A DNA stretch of 64,000 bases, from positions 672,001-736,000 of the forward strand of contig OY762007.1 of NCBI GenBank assembly GCA_963665115.1, given 5' to 3'. Position 1 is the stretch's first letter; each line of letters opens with the position of its first letter. The notes under the pieces were generated by a model. That model saw only the letters and a list, made by a program, of their open reading frames with translations. It searched no databases and was not told the DNA's origin. The translations under genes were made by a program, and so were the position numbers. Below, piece by piece: positions 52,874 to 61,338 of this stretch. This DNA is from an uncultured Rivularia sp. Its GTDB lineage: Bacteria; Cyanobacteriota; Cyanobacteriia; Cyanobacteriales; Nostocaceae.

Positions 52874-54817
52874 TTACTGAATTACGCTGATTAGAGTCTT
52901 GATATTAGATATAAAATTTGTATTTCCCTGCTGTCGAGCAAGATTTTCAGCTTTCCTAAAATTTTCGGCAGCCCCTTGTTTATCATCTTGAGAAGCGCGT
53001 TCAAATCCTTTATATAGGTAAAGGTTAACATCATTAGCAGCATACTGAATCGCTTTGTTAATATCCGCAATTGCCCCTGACTTATTTTCCTGTTTAATGC
53101 GTATCAATGCACGGAAAAAATAAGCTTGATCCTGCGAGGGATCTAAACGTAAACTTTGGTTGAAATCCGTTAATGCTTTCTGAAAATCCTTTTTTAAAAA
53201 CAGAATTTTTGCTCGGCTTGCGTAAGCGCTAGCATAATTAGGATTAATATTGATTGCTTGGTTGTAGTCTGTGAGAGCTTTTAGAGCATCTCCATTTGCT
53301 GCGTAAGCATCTCCCCGCAAATTGTACATTTCGGCATCTTCGGGATTAACTTGAATTGCTTTTGTAAATGAATTAATTGCTGCTGGATAATTATTTGATA
53401 CATTAAATGCGAAGCCTTCAGAACCATATGCATAAGCTTGATTGCCTTGAGCAGCAAATAGTTTTGAGGCTTTTTGTACATTAGCAATTGCTTTTTGTAT
53501 GTCTCCAAAATTGTAATGGACAACACCAAGAATTAAATAAGGAAATGCATAATTAGGAGCAATGCTAATCGCTTTATTTACATCGGCGATCGCACTTGTT
53601 TTATCTTGAAGTTTTAAGTGCGTAAAAGCTCTACCCATATAGGCATAAGCATCGCTCGGTTGCAGTGACAAACTCTTGTTATAATCAGCGAGCGCTCCCT
53701 TTAAATCTCCCGAATTTAAGCGAGTCATTCCCCTTTCGTTATAAGCATCGGTATCTTTGGGATTAAGTTGAATCGCTTGAGAAAAAGCTGCAATTGCTTT
53801 TGGATAATCTTTTTGCAGCATCCGCATCGAACCTTGGCTTCTAAAAGCATCTCCCTTATTACCTTGTGCGGCAAATAATTCAGCAGCTTTTTGTAAATCC
53901 CCAATTGCCTTTTCCGGCTCCCCAATATTTTGTCTAGCTTCAGCACGACGGTAATAAGCAAAAGCATATTTAGGATTAATACGAATAGCTTGATTTAAAT
54001 CTGTTATAGCTCCTTGAAAATCTGCTTTATTCCGTTTTTCCACACTTTGTAGATAAAAATCATCCGCTTTAGGTTTTGTTGCAATATTTGGTTTTGTCGA
54101 TGTCGCTGTATTTGAAGCCGTTTTAAACAACTTTGTAAAAGTACTAATAGGAATACCTAAATTTCTACCAGTTTTGATAATAATATTGGGATTAACATCA
54201 GAAATATTAAAATTTTCCATAGTATCTCCCCTACCGTGAATTCCCACTAATTCACCCTTTTCATTTAATACCGGGCCACCACTCATTCCCGGAAAAGTAT
54301 CAATACTGTAAACTAAAGAATAGCCATCGCGTAAAGACTTAGAAGCATTAGCAATAATACGCCCATCCATAAAAGTATAAAGCGCATTAGAAACTGCCGC
54401 AGTAGGCTTAGGAAAACCAGCCACATAAGCAGTAGTACCTTCTGTAGAGTTATTCGGATTACCTATTTTCGCAGTAGCATAATTTTGATTGCTGTTAAAT
54501 TTAACAACAGCCAAATCAACATCTTTTAATGGTTTAATATTGCTTTTATTTAAACTGTATCGCTGCCCATCAGAAGTAACAATATTGTAATCGCTCGTAC
54601 CTCTAACCACATGAGCAGCAGTAAGAACAGTATAAGTTGTTCCAGAGCGATCGATAATTACACCACTACCAGGACTATTTTTATTATCAATTAAAACAGT
54701 AATTTCCTTAGCCATCTTCGCCACCTCAGCAGAAGATTGAGCCACAGCAAACTGCGGTTGCACCAACACAGTTGATACCGTTATCATCACCGGAGAAATT
54801 GCATAATATAGCTTCAT
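52874..54817 (-). CDS. Trypsin-like protease + TPR (paralog A1)
   Basis: TAAHV, DLAV, GMSGG; about 11 TPRs; ATG 54817 follows AAGGA. Confidence 0.9.
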   Translation of the reverse strand: MKLYYAISPVMITVSTVLVQPQFAVAQSSAEVAKMAKEITVLIDNKNSPGSGVIIDRSGTTYTVLTAAHVVRGTSDYNIVTSDGQRYSLNKSNIKPLKDVDLAVVKFNSNQNYATAKIGNPNNSTEGTTAYVAGFPKPTAAVSNALYTFMDGRIIANASKSLRDGYSLVYSIDTFPGMSGGPVLNEKGELVGIHGRGDTMENFNISDVNPNIIIKTGRNLGIPISTFTKLFKTASNTATSTKPNIATKPKADDFYLQSVEKRNKADFQGAITDLNQAIRINPKYAFAYYRRAEARQNIGEPEKAIGDLQKAAELFAAQGNKGDAFRSQGSMRMLQKDYPKAIAAFSQAIQLNPKDTDAYNERGMTRLNSGDLKGALADYNKSLSLQPSDAYAYMGRAFTHLKLQDKTSAIADVNKAISIAPNYAFPYLILGVVHYNFGDIQKAIANVQKASKLFAAQGNQAYAYGSEGFAFNVSNNYPAAINSFTKAIQVNPEDAEMYNLRGDAYAANGDALKALTDYNQAININPNYASAYASRAKILFLKKDFQKALTDFNQSLRLDPSQDQAYFFRALIRIKQENKSGAIADINKAIQYAANDVNLYLYKGFERASQDDKQGAAENFRKAENLARQQGNTNFISNIKTLISVIQ

Positions 54818-54952
54818 TTTTTTATCCTTAATAGAATTGGGAATTGGGCATTGGGCATTGGGCATTGGGCATTGGGAATAGTTGAGAGTAGTGAGTTAGG
54901 AGTTAGGAGTTAGGAGTTAAGAGTTAGAAATTATAAAATTAGGAGTTAATAG

Positions 54953-55795
54953 TCAGTTATTGTCTCCTTGTCTCCCCATCCCCATGCCCCATCCCCAATC
55001 CCCCATGCCCAATCCCCCATGCCCAATCCCCATTACCTTCCCCATCGGCACCGCCCAACTCAAACGCACAATCTTTTCATGCAAAGCCTTATCAACTTCC
55101 TCTCCCGACTCGAATACCGAAGGAATATCCCACAAAGGAAAAGCGTGCATTCCATTGACACCAACAACTTCACCGCTCTGATTCAATAAAGCACCACCGC
55201 TCATTCCCTTTTGAATATCGTTGGTGTAACCAATTTGATATCCTCCCTGTAAAGCCTTGTCTAAAATCAAAGAAACTTTACCAGTAGTTAACAAAAACTT
55301 GACACGACTACCAGCTTCAACAATCGGAAATCCGGCGGCAACGACTTCCGCACCTACTTTTGGCTTCACCCCAATAGATGGAATGGTATAAACTTCACCT
55401 TTGCTGCGAAACTGCAATATTGCTAAATCATCACCCTTCTCAGAAGCAACATATTTAGTCTCGGCTTTCCAAATCTTGCTATCTGAAGTTTGAATTTGAT
55501 AGGGAGCTTTGCCCGCTCGCAATACATGGGCATTCGTCACCACCGTGTAAACGCAACCCTGTTTTTTTAGTAGAAATCCCGTGCCTATAATCTCAGGTGC
55601 CATCACCTTTACAGAAATATTTTCCGCTCTTTGCTGTAGCTGTTGTGGTGACAATATTGATGGTTTTACTTGAGAAGTTTGCTCCTCACAGCTATTACTA
55701 TCGCTTCTAGCCGAAACAGTACAGCATAAATTTGACACAGACAGCACAACTAGTAAAAAACTAAAACAGCCGATATTCCATTTGCGCCATAGCAT
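54953..55795 (-). CDS. Trypsin-like serine protease (stand-alone)
   Basis: VTNAHV, DDLAIL, KGMSGG; C-terminus reads into an STRR tract. Confidence 0.88.
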   Translation of the reverse strand: MLWRKWNIGCFSFLLVVLSVSNLCCTVSARSDSNSCEEQTSQVKPSILSPQQLQQRAENISVKVMAPEIIGTGFLLKKQGCVYTVVTNAHVLRAGKAPYQIQTSDSKIWKAETKYVASEKGDDLAILQFRSKGEVYTIPSIGVKPKVGAEVVAAGFPIVEAGSRVKFLLTTGKVSLILDKALQGGYQIGYTNDIQKGMSGGALLNQSGEVVGVNGMHAFPLWDIPSVFESGEEVDKALHEKIVRLSWAVPMGKVMGIGHGGLGMGDWGWGMGMGRQGDNN

Positions 55796-55917
55796 CTTAT
55801 ATTATTTTGGATTTTAGATTTTAGATTTTAGATTTTGGATTTTGGATTGAGGCAATTTTGAGTGTAGATACTCCTCCCCAAACATTGCCGTTATGTTGTC
55901 ACACACCCTACTAACAA

Positions 55918-56464
55918 CTATCTTTTTGCTTCATCACTACCGCTTTCCAAATATCTTTCAAAATCGATATCTACAGAATTAGAACTTTCGTTAAGCACCA
56001 TTCCTCCAGCTAATCCGCGTCTATCTAATAGTCTTCGTAAAGTCGCATGAGGATTGCTACCCGGTTTTAAAGTAAATAAAACAGTATCGCTGGTACAGCC
56101 AATTCCTGGGCTGGGAGTCGCACATAATACAGGCTGTCCCTTCAAAGTATCGGCTGTAATGTATCTTAAAATACCGTGATCGTAGAACCGTTGAAACTTA
56201 CTCGATACCGCTCCACAACGTCTTCTAGGTGTCCCACGGTGGCGGAAAATAATTGCTAACCCAGCGAACAATTGGCACCCTTTTACCATCTTGAGTGCGG
56301 GCAAAAGTTGTAGGAACAGACTTATTCTCATGCTTGCTCGTGCCGCAATAAAAAGTTGCCCCTTCAGCATAAGAAGGCATCGGACTAAATGTCACCGCAG
56401 AAAGTACAGTCAAAGAAGCTATAGTAGCTCCACTTAATGCTCTTACAAGTAAATCCAGTTTCAT
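55918..56464 (-). CDS. COP23-domain protein; split by one extra base near 56234
   Basis: Signal peptide, TFYCG, VPTTFART..G.RVPIVRWVSNYF..PW(T)PRRRCGAVSSKFQ, GQPVLCA, LFTLKPGSNP. Confidence 0.85.
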
Positions 56465-56669
56465 AAATCAACGCAACTTTAATATAAAAGCGTAAATTCG
56501 ACTTTTGTGTTAACTTTTCCAAGCTACAAGTTCTACTTATAGCATTTCGGATTATGCCTAGATATATCAGCTATATGAAGCCTTTTTAATAAAGATATTG
56601 TTAAGAGCAGTATTTTGACTGCTTATTTAGATGATTAGCAAGCCCTAAGTGGGTTTTGTATAAAAGGGT

Positions 56670-56780
56670 ATGCAAAATTAATTGTGTCATTGCAAGCGAA
56701 GTGGATCTTTCCTAGAATCTTGTGATTGCTTCGCTATCGCTCGCAATGACAAATGTACAATTAGTTTTTCTTGAGTACTT
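56670..56780. repeat. Palindromic GTCATTGC...GCAATGAC element
   Basis: TGTCATTGCAAGCGAAG...GATTGCTTCGCTATCGCTCGCAATGACA; same core as in 31833-31960 and 7530-7557. Confidence 0.6.
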
Positions 56781-56948
56781 AAAAGGTAGTAGGGAGGAGT
56801 TAAGAGCAATCGGTTTAAATATTCTCCATTCCCTTTCATATACAAAAATCTCAAGTCAAGAGTATATAGTTGCTGAAAAAAAGCGTAATTTAGCAGAGAA
56901 TGAAATTTATTCTCCTTGTTGACATTTATCTAAGTCAATAAAAAAGAT

Positions 56949-58217
56949 ATGAGTAAACCTAAAAAATCACTTTTTCAGAAGCTGCAACAGAATTGGCGTT
57001 TTGTAAACAAATGGTTTTTTGATACACCTCAAAGAGCGCTATTAATTGCTTATGAAGCAGCATTGAAAATTCGAGATATTGAAGACAAGCATTTTAATGG
57101 GAGAAAAATTTCTTCAGAATCAACGGAACATACGGCAAATATTTTATCTTATTGGCAAGCAGAATTAGAAAAAAACCTCAAAATAATCAACTTCAGATTA
57201 GCAGAATTTCAGCGAACTCGTTCTGTATTAAATATATCCGATCTAGCATTTTTAGATCGATTAAAGTTTATCGATGAAGTAACAGCAAAATATGCCATTG
57301 ATACAGAGTTTCCTTCACGAAGATTATCAGTTAATTCAGAATCAAATCTTCAAACCTACGAAGTACCCAGCGAACCAGATTATCCTGATATAAATAAAAT
57401 GAAAGTTAAACCTGTCTCTGTAAAAACAGGTTTATTTCCAGGTTCAATTACAAGGAGTTTGCAAAAAGTTTTCAAAGAGCTATCTCCACAAGCGGAAGAG
57501 AAAGCTGTTAAAGATTTCCAAATAGCCAGCAAAAGAACAAAAATTGCTTTAAAATTTTTAGCAACCTTAATATTAGTACCTTTTCTAACATATTTAACAG
57601 TCAAACTACTATTAATTAATCCAATAGTAAATCGAGTCAGAACTGATATTGCTACCGATGCTTTTATAAATACTCATATAGAAGAAAGAGTACTGCATGA
57701 ATTCAAATTTTATCAACAAGAGCAGAGATTTGAAAAACTAATTCTGCAAGCTCCATTATTATCACCAGAAGAAACACAGCAAAAACAAAAAGAAAGAGCA
57801 ATCGAAATAGCAGAAAAATTTCACCAACAAAACAACAGCGCTATTAGTAACGTATTCGCGGATTTAATTTCATTTATAGTATTTGCATTAATAATTGCTA
57901 CCAGCAAAAGAGAAATAGCAATTTTACAACTATTTCTAGATGATACAGTATACGGACTTAGCGACAGCGCCAAAGCATTTCTAGTTATTTTATTAACAGA
58001 TATGTTTGTAGGTTTTCATTCACCCCACGGATGGGAAGTACTTCTCGAAGAAATTGCACAACATCTAGGCATCCCACCATCAAGACACGTAATGTTTCTA
58101 TTTATCGCCACATTTCCCGTAATTTTAGATACTATTTGTAAATACTGGATATTTCGTTATTTGAGTCGTATTTCACCATCAGCATTAGCTACTTTTAAAG
58201 AAATGAATGAGCAATAG
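56949..58217 (+). CDS. pxcA: Proton extrusion protein PxcA (CemA/CotA family)
   Basis: YGLSDSAKAF.VILLTDMFVGFHSPHGWE, FIATFPVILDT.CKYWIFRYL.RISPS. Confidence 0.93.
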   Translation: MSKPKKSLFQKLQQNWRFVNKWFFDTPQRALLIAYEAALKIRDIEDKHFNGRKISSESTEHTANILSYWQAELEKNLKIINFRLAEFQRTRSVLNISDLAFLDRLKFIDEVTAKYAIDTEFPSRRLSVNSESNLQTYEVPSEPDYPDINKMKVKPVSVKTGLFPGSITRSLQKVFKELSPQAEEKAVKDFQIASKRTKIALKFLATLILVPFLTYLTVKLLLINPIVNRVRTDIATDAFINTHIEERVLHEFKFYQQEQRFEKLILQAPLLSPEETQQKQKERAIEIAEKFHQQNNSAISNVFADLISFIVFALIIATSKREIAILQLFLDDTVYGLSDSAKAFLVILLTDMFVGFHSPHGWEVLLEEIAQHLGIPPSRHVMFLFIATFPVILDTICKYWIFRYLSRISPSALATFKEMNEQ

Positions 58218-58404
58218 TTTTGGGGATTGGGAATTGGGGATTGGGCATGGGGGATTGGTAATTGGGCATGGGGGATTGGTAATTGGAGAGAATTCTTAAT
58301 CACTCCCTACCCCCTACCCCCTACTCCCTACTCCCTACCCCCTACCCCCTACTCCCTACCCCCTACTCCCTACTCCTAACTCCCTACCCCCTACTCCTAA
58401 CTCC

Positions 58405-58707
58405 CTACTCCCTACTCCTAACTATCTCAAACCCCTGCAACCCTTCTGCTTCTGAATATTCAACTTGTACGTCTTTGACAACAGCAGAATTTGATCCTTG
58501 ATGGCACCAGCGAATCATTTCTTCTACTACTTCCGATGTTCCTTCAAATACTGCTTCAACGCGACTATCGGCAAGATTTCGCACCCATCCGTTTAAACCT
58601 AATTTTTTGGCTGCATTCATCGTGGAGTAACGATAGCCTACTCCTTGCACTTTGCCGGATATAAAGGCATGGGCGCGAGTTTGTTTTGGTAAATTAGAAT
58701 TTGACAT
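58405..58707 (-). CDS. acyP: Acylphosphatase
   Basis: ISGKVQGVGYR, GWVRNLADSRVEAVFEG. Confidence 0.92.
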   Translation of the reverse strand: MSNSNLPKQTRAHAFISGKVQGVGYRYSTMNAAKKLGLNGWVRNLADSRVEAVFEGTSEVVEEMIRWCHQGSNSAVVKDVQVEYSEAEGLQGFEIVRSRE

Positions 58708-58831
58708 GATTTGACAAGAAAGGGAATAGGGAACAGTTTTCCTATATAAACAATATAAAATAGGAATTTTTCTACTCAAGACTTATAATATTTAATCCCA
58801 TTAATCCAAAATCTAAAATCCAAAATCCAAA

Positions 58832-59200
58832 ATGGAATTACCTGCACTAACTACCGATACAATTTGGGCAATTCTCAAAAACGAAATTGATGATACAACC
58901 GTTCTTAATTTAGTATGGCATTATCTCGGTTATCGTTATGATGAATCTACTGGTAAATGGGATGCAAGTAATGTATCCGAAGAATGGCTTACTGAATATC
59001 CAGAGCCACCAGATTTTATCGCCAATCGTCCCCCAACGGTTAAGTTAACTCGTTCTATTCCCAAGGAAAATAAACAGATTGCCAAAGAATTTTTAGGTTT
59101 TACTGGTTACAAAATAGGCGAATTTGGACCTAGAGAAACACGTAGAGCAACTATTGCAAATTGGTTACTTAGCTATATGAAAATTAATGGTAAATGTTAG
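58832..59200 (+). CDS. DUF1823 family protein
   Basis: WHYLGYRYD, YPEPPDFI..RPPTVKLTRSIP.ENKQ, PRETRRATIANWLL. Confidence 0.8.
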   Translation: MELPALTTDTIWAILKNEIDDTTVLNLVWHYLGYRYDESTGKWDASNVSEEWLTEYPEPPDFIANRPPTVKLTRSIPKENKQIAKEFLGFTGYKIGEFGPRETRRATIANWLLSYMKINGKC

Positions 59201-59262
59201 TAGTAGTGAGTAAAGAATTTTATATCTTTAACCTCTAACCTTTGACCTTTAACCTTAAAAAA

Positions 59263-60444
59263 ATGCGTTTTCCCAAATCATTATTCTTTTTTATAGCCGC
59301 TTTTATTACGGTTGGTTTGCTGCTGATAACTACTCCTGCCAAGGCTGCGAAGGATTTACCGCAGGAAAAAGCTGTCGGGAATATTGAAACAGTTGCTACT
59401 TTTAACGGTGCGATGCCTACGGGTGTAACGGTGTCGCAAACAGGAAGGATTTTCGTTAATTTCCCGCGTTGGGGAGATAAGGTTGATTTTACGGTTGCTG
59501 AAATCAAAAATAATCGTAGCGTGCCTTATCCTAATGCTGCGGTGAATGTTGCCAACAAAGATAAACCAAAAGATTCTTTACTTTCGGTGCAAAGTGTAGT
59601 TATCGATGCTTTAGATCGTTTATGGATTTTAGATACGGGAAGCATTGAATTTACGCCGACAATCGATGGTGGTGCAAAGTTGGTGGGAGTTGATTTGAAG
59701 ACGAATAAGATTTTTAAGAAAATCGTCTTTCCTCAAGATGTGGCTTTGAAAACCACTTATTTAAATGATGTTCGCTTCGACTTGCGACGCGGTAAGGAAG
59801 GAATGGCATTTATTACCGATTCGTCGCCAAATGGAGCAAATGCAATTATTATCGTCGATTTGGAAACAGGTAAAAGCTGGAGAAGGTTAAACAATCATCC
59901 ATCAACCAAAGCCGAAGATATTGACACATTTTTGCCCATTGTCGAAGGGCAACCGTTGATGTCTCGTCCACCACAGGCAGAAATTAGCGCTTTCAAAGTT
60001 GGTGCCGATGGTATTGCAATTAGTAGTAATGGCGATCGCCTATATTATTGTCCGCTTTCAGGTAGAACATTGTACAGCGTCAGTGTAGATGCATTAGTAG
60101 AGCCAGCATCGGAAGAAGAAGTTGCCAAAACCGTAATTAATCATGGTGACAAAGGTGGAGCTTCCGACGGCTTAGAATCCGACGCAGAAAACCGGATTTA
60201 CGTTACCAATTACGAAGACAACGCCATATTGCGCCGTTTAAATAATGGAATGTACGAAACCGTAGTTCACGATTCCCGCTTATTGTGGCCAGATACATTA
60301 TCATTAGCCTCAAACGGATATTTGTACTTCACCGCAAATCAGCTTCACCGTCAACCGAATTTTCATAACGGTAAAGACTTACGCGAAAAACCCTATAGCG
60401 TATTTCGGATTAAAGTTGATGCGAAACCAGTGGCTTTGAAGTAG
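59263..60444 (+). CDS. Major royal jelly/yellow-like six-bladed beta-propeller protein
   Basis: Signal peptide; GRIFVNFPRWG, SVQSVVID..RLWILDTG, YLNDVRFD, GADGIA, SDGLESD, LLWPDT. Confidence 0.88.
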   Translation: MRFPKSLFFFIAAFITVGLLLITTPAKAAKDLPQEKAVGNIETVATFNGAMPTGVTVSQTGRIFVNFPRWGDKVDFTVAEIKNNRSVPYPNAAVNVANKDKPKDSLLSVQSVVIDALDRLWILDTGSIEFTPTIDGGAKLVGVDLKTNKIFKKIVFPQDVALKTTYLNDVRFDLRRGKEGMAFITDSSPNGANAIIIVDLETGKSWRRLNNHPSTKAEDIDTFLPIVEGQPLMSRPPQAEISAFKVGADGIAISSNGDRLYYCPLSGRTLYSVSVDALVEPASEEEVAKTVINHGDKGGASDGLESDAENRIYVTNYEDNAILRRLNNGMYETVVHDSRLLWPDTLSLASNGYLYFTANQLHRQPNFHNGKDLREKPYSVFRIKVDAKPVALK

Positions 60445-60648
60445 AGGGATGGGCATTGGGCATTGGGGATTGGGCATGGGAAGAGGGGGGAGAGGGGGAA
60501 GAGGGGGTAGAGGGGGGAGATGGGGAGATGGGGAGATGGGGAAAAAAATTCCTAACTCTTAACTCCTAACTCCTAACTCCTAACTCCTAACTCTATTGCC
60601 CATAACTAAAATAAAAAGATAAGCACGTATATTTGTAGTGAATAATAT

Positions 60649-60918
60649 ATGAATATCTCCTTTACTCCAGAATTAGAGCAATTTATTCAAAGTCAAGTTT
60701 CGAGTGGTAAATATGATTCGATAGAAGAAGTAATTGTTGCGGGAATTAAACTTTTAGAGGAAAGGGAATGTATCTATCAAGGTAGATTTGCACAATTGCA
60801 GCGAGAAATTGCAATCGGAGTTGAAGCTTCAGAGCGTGGGGAAGTTATTGACGGGGAAGTCGTTTTTCATCAATTACAACAGAAGCTACTTTCTCGTCGT
60901 CAGCAGAATGACAAATGA
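60649..60918 (+). CDS. parD: ParD-like ribbon-helix-helix antitoxin
   Basis: MNISFTPELEQFIQSQVSSGKY.S..EVI.AG..LLEER; 4-bp overlap with the toxin. Confidence 0.85.
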   Translation: MNISFTPELEQFIQSQVSSGKYDSIEEVIVAGIKLLEERECIYQGRFAQLQREIAIGVEASERGEVIDGEVVFHQLQQKLLSRRQQNDK

Positions 60919-61256
60919 CCAATATTTGTAGATTTACTGTTCCTGCAAGTCGGGATATTGAGAACATTATTGATTATGTTGCTGACAACAGTAGCTTTGA
61001 TGCTGCGGAAAGTTTGCTCAAGAAAATTAACGAAAAATGTAATAATCTAGCAAGCTTTCCTAGCATGGGGCGCAAGCGCGACGAACTTTTACCTTTTTTA
61101 CGTAGCTTTCCTGTCGATGATTATCTTATTTTTTATCGCCCTATTGAAGACGGGATTGAAATTTTACGGGTAGTTAGTGGTTATCGCGATTTAAATGCGC
61201 TTTTTGATGAGGCTAACAACGGATTGCATTTAAAATTATTTTCCTCAAGTTCATGA
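60915..61256 (+). CDS. parE: RelE/ParE family toxin
   Basis: ASRDIENIIDY, FPSMGRKRDEL, YLIFYR, IEILRVVSGYRD. Confidence 0.88.
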   Translation: MTNICRFTVPASRDIENIIDYVADNSSFDAAESLLKKINEKCNNLASFPSMGRKRDELLPFLRSFPVDDYLIFYRPIEDGIEILRVVSGYRDLNALFDEANNGLHLKLFSSSS

Positions 61257-61338
61257 CTTTCGGTAAGATTACCGTAACGGGAATTACAAATTTCAAGAAG
61301 AGACAAGCTACATAATCCAAAACAAAATCCAAAATCGA

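Noticed and set aside
58283..58501. ORF with PTPYSLL repeats (similarly 17369-17581, 27914-28117, 54960-55189)
   Set aside because: Translations of STRR heptamer tracts
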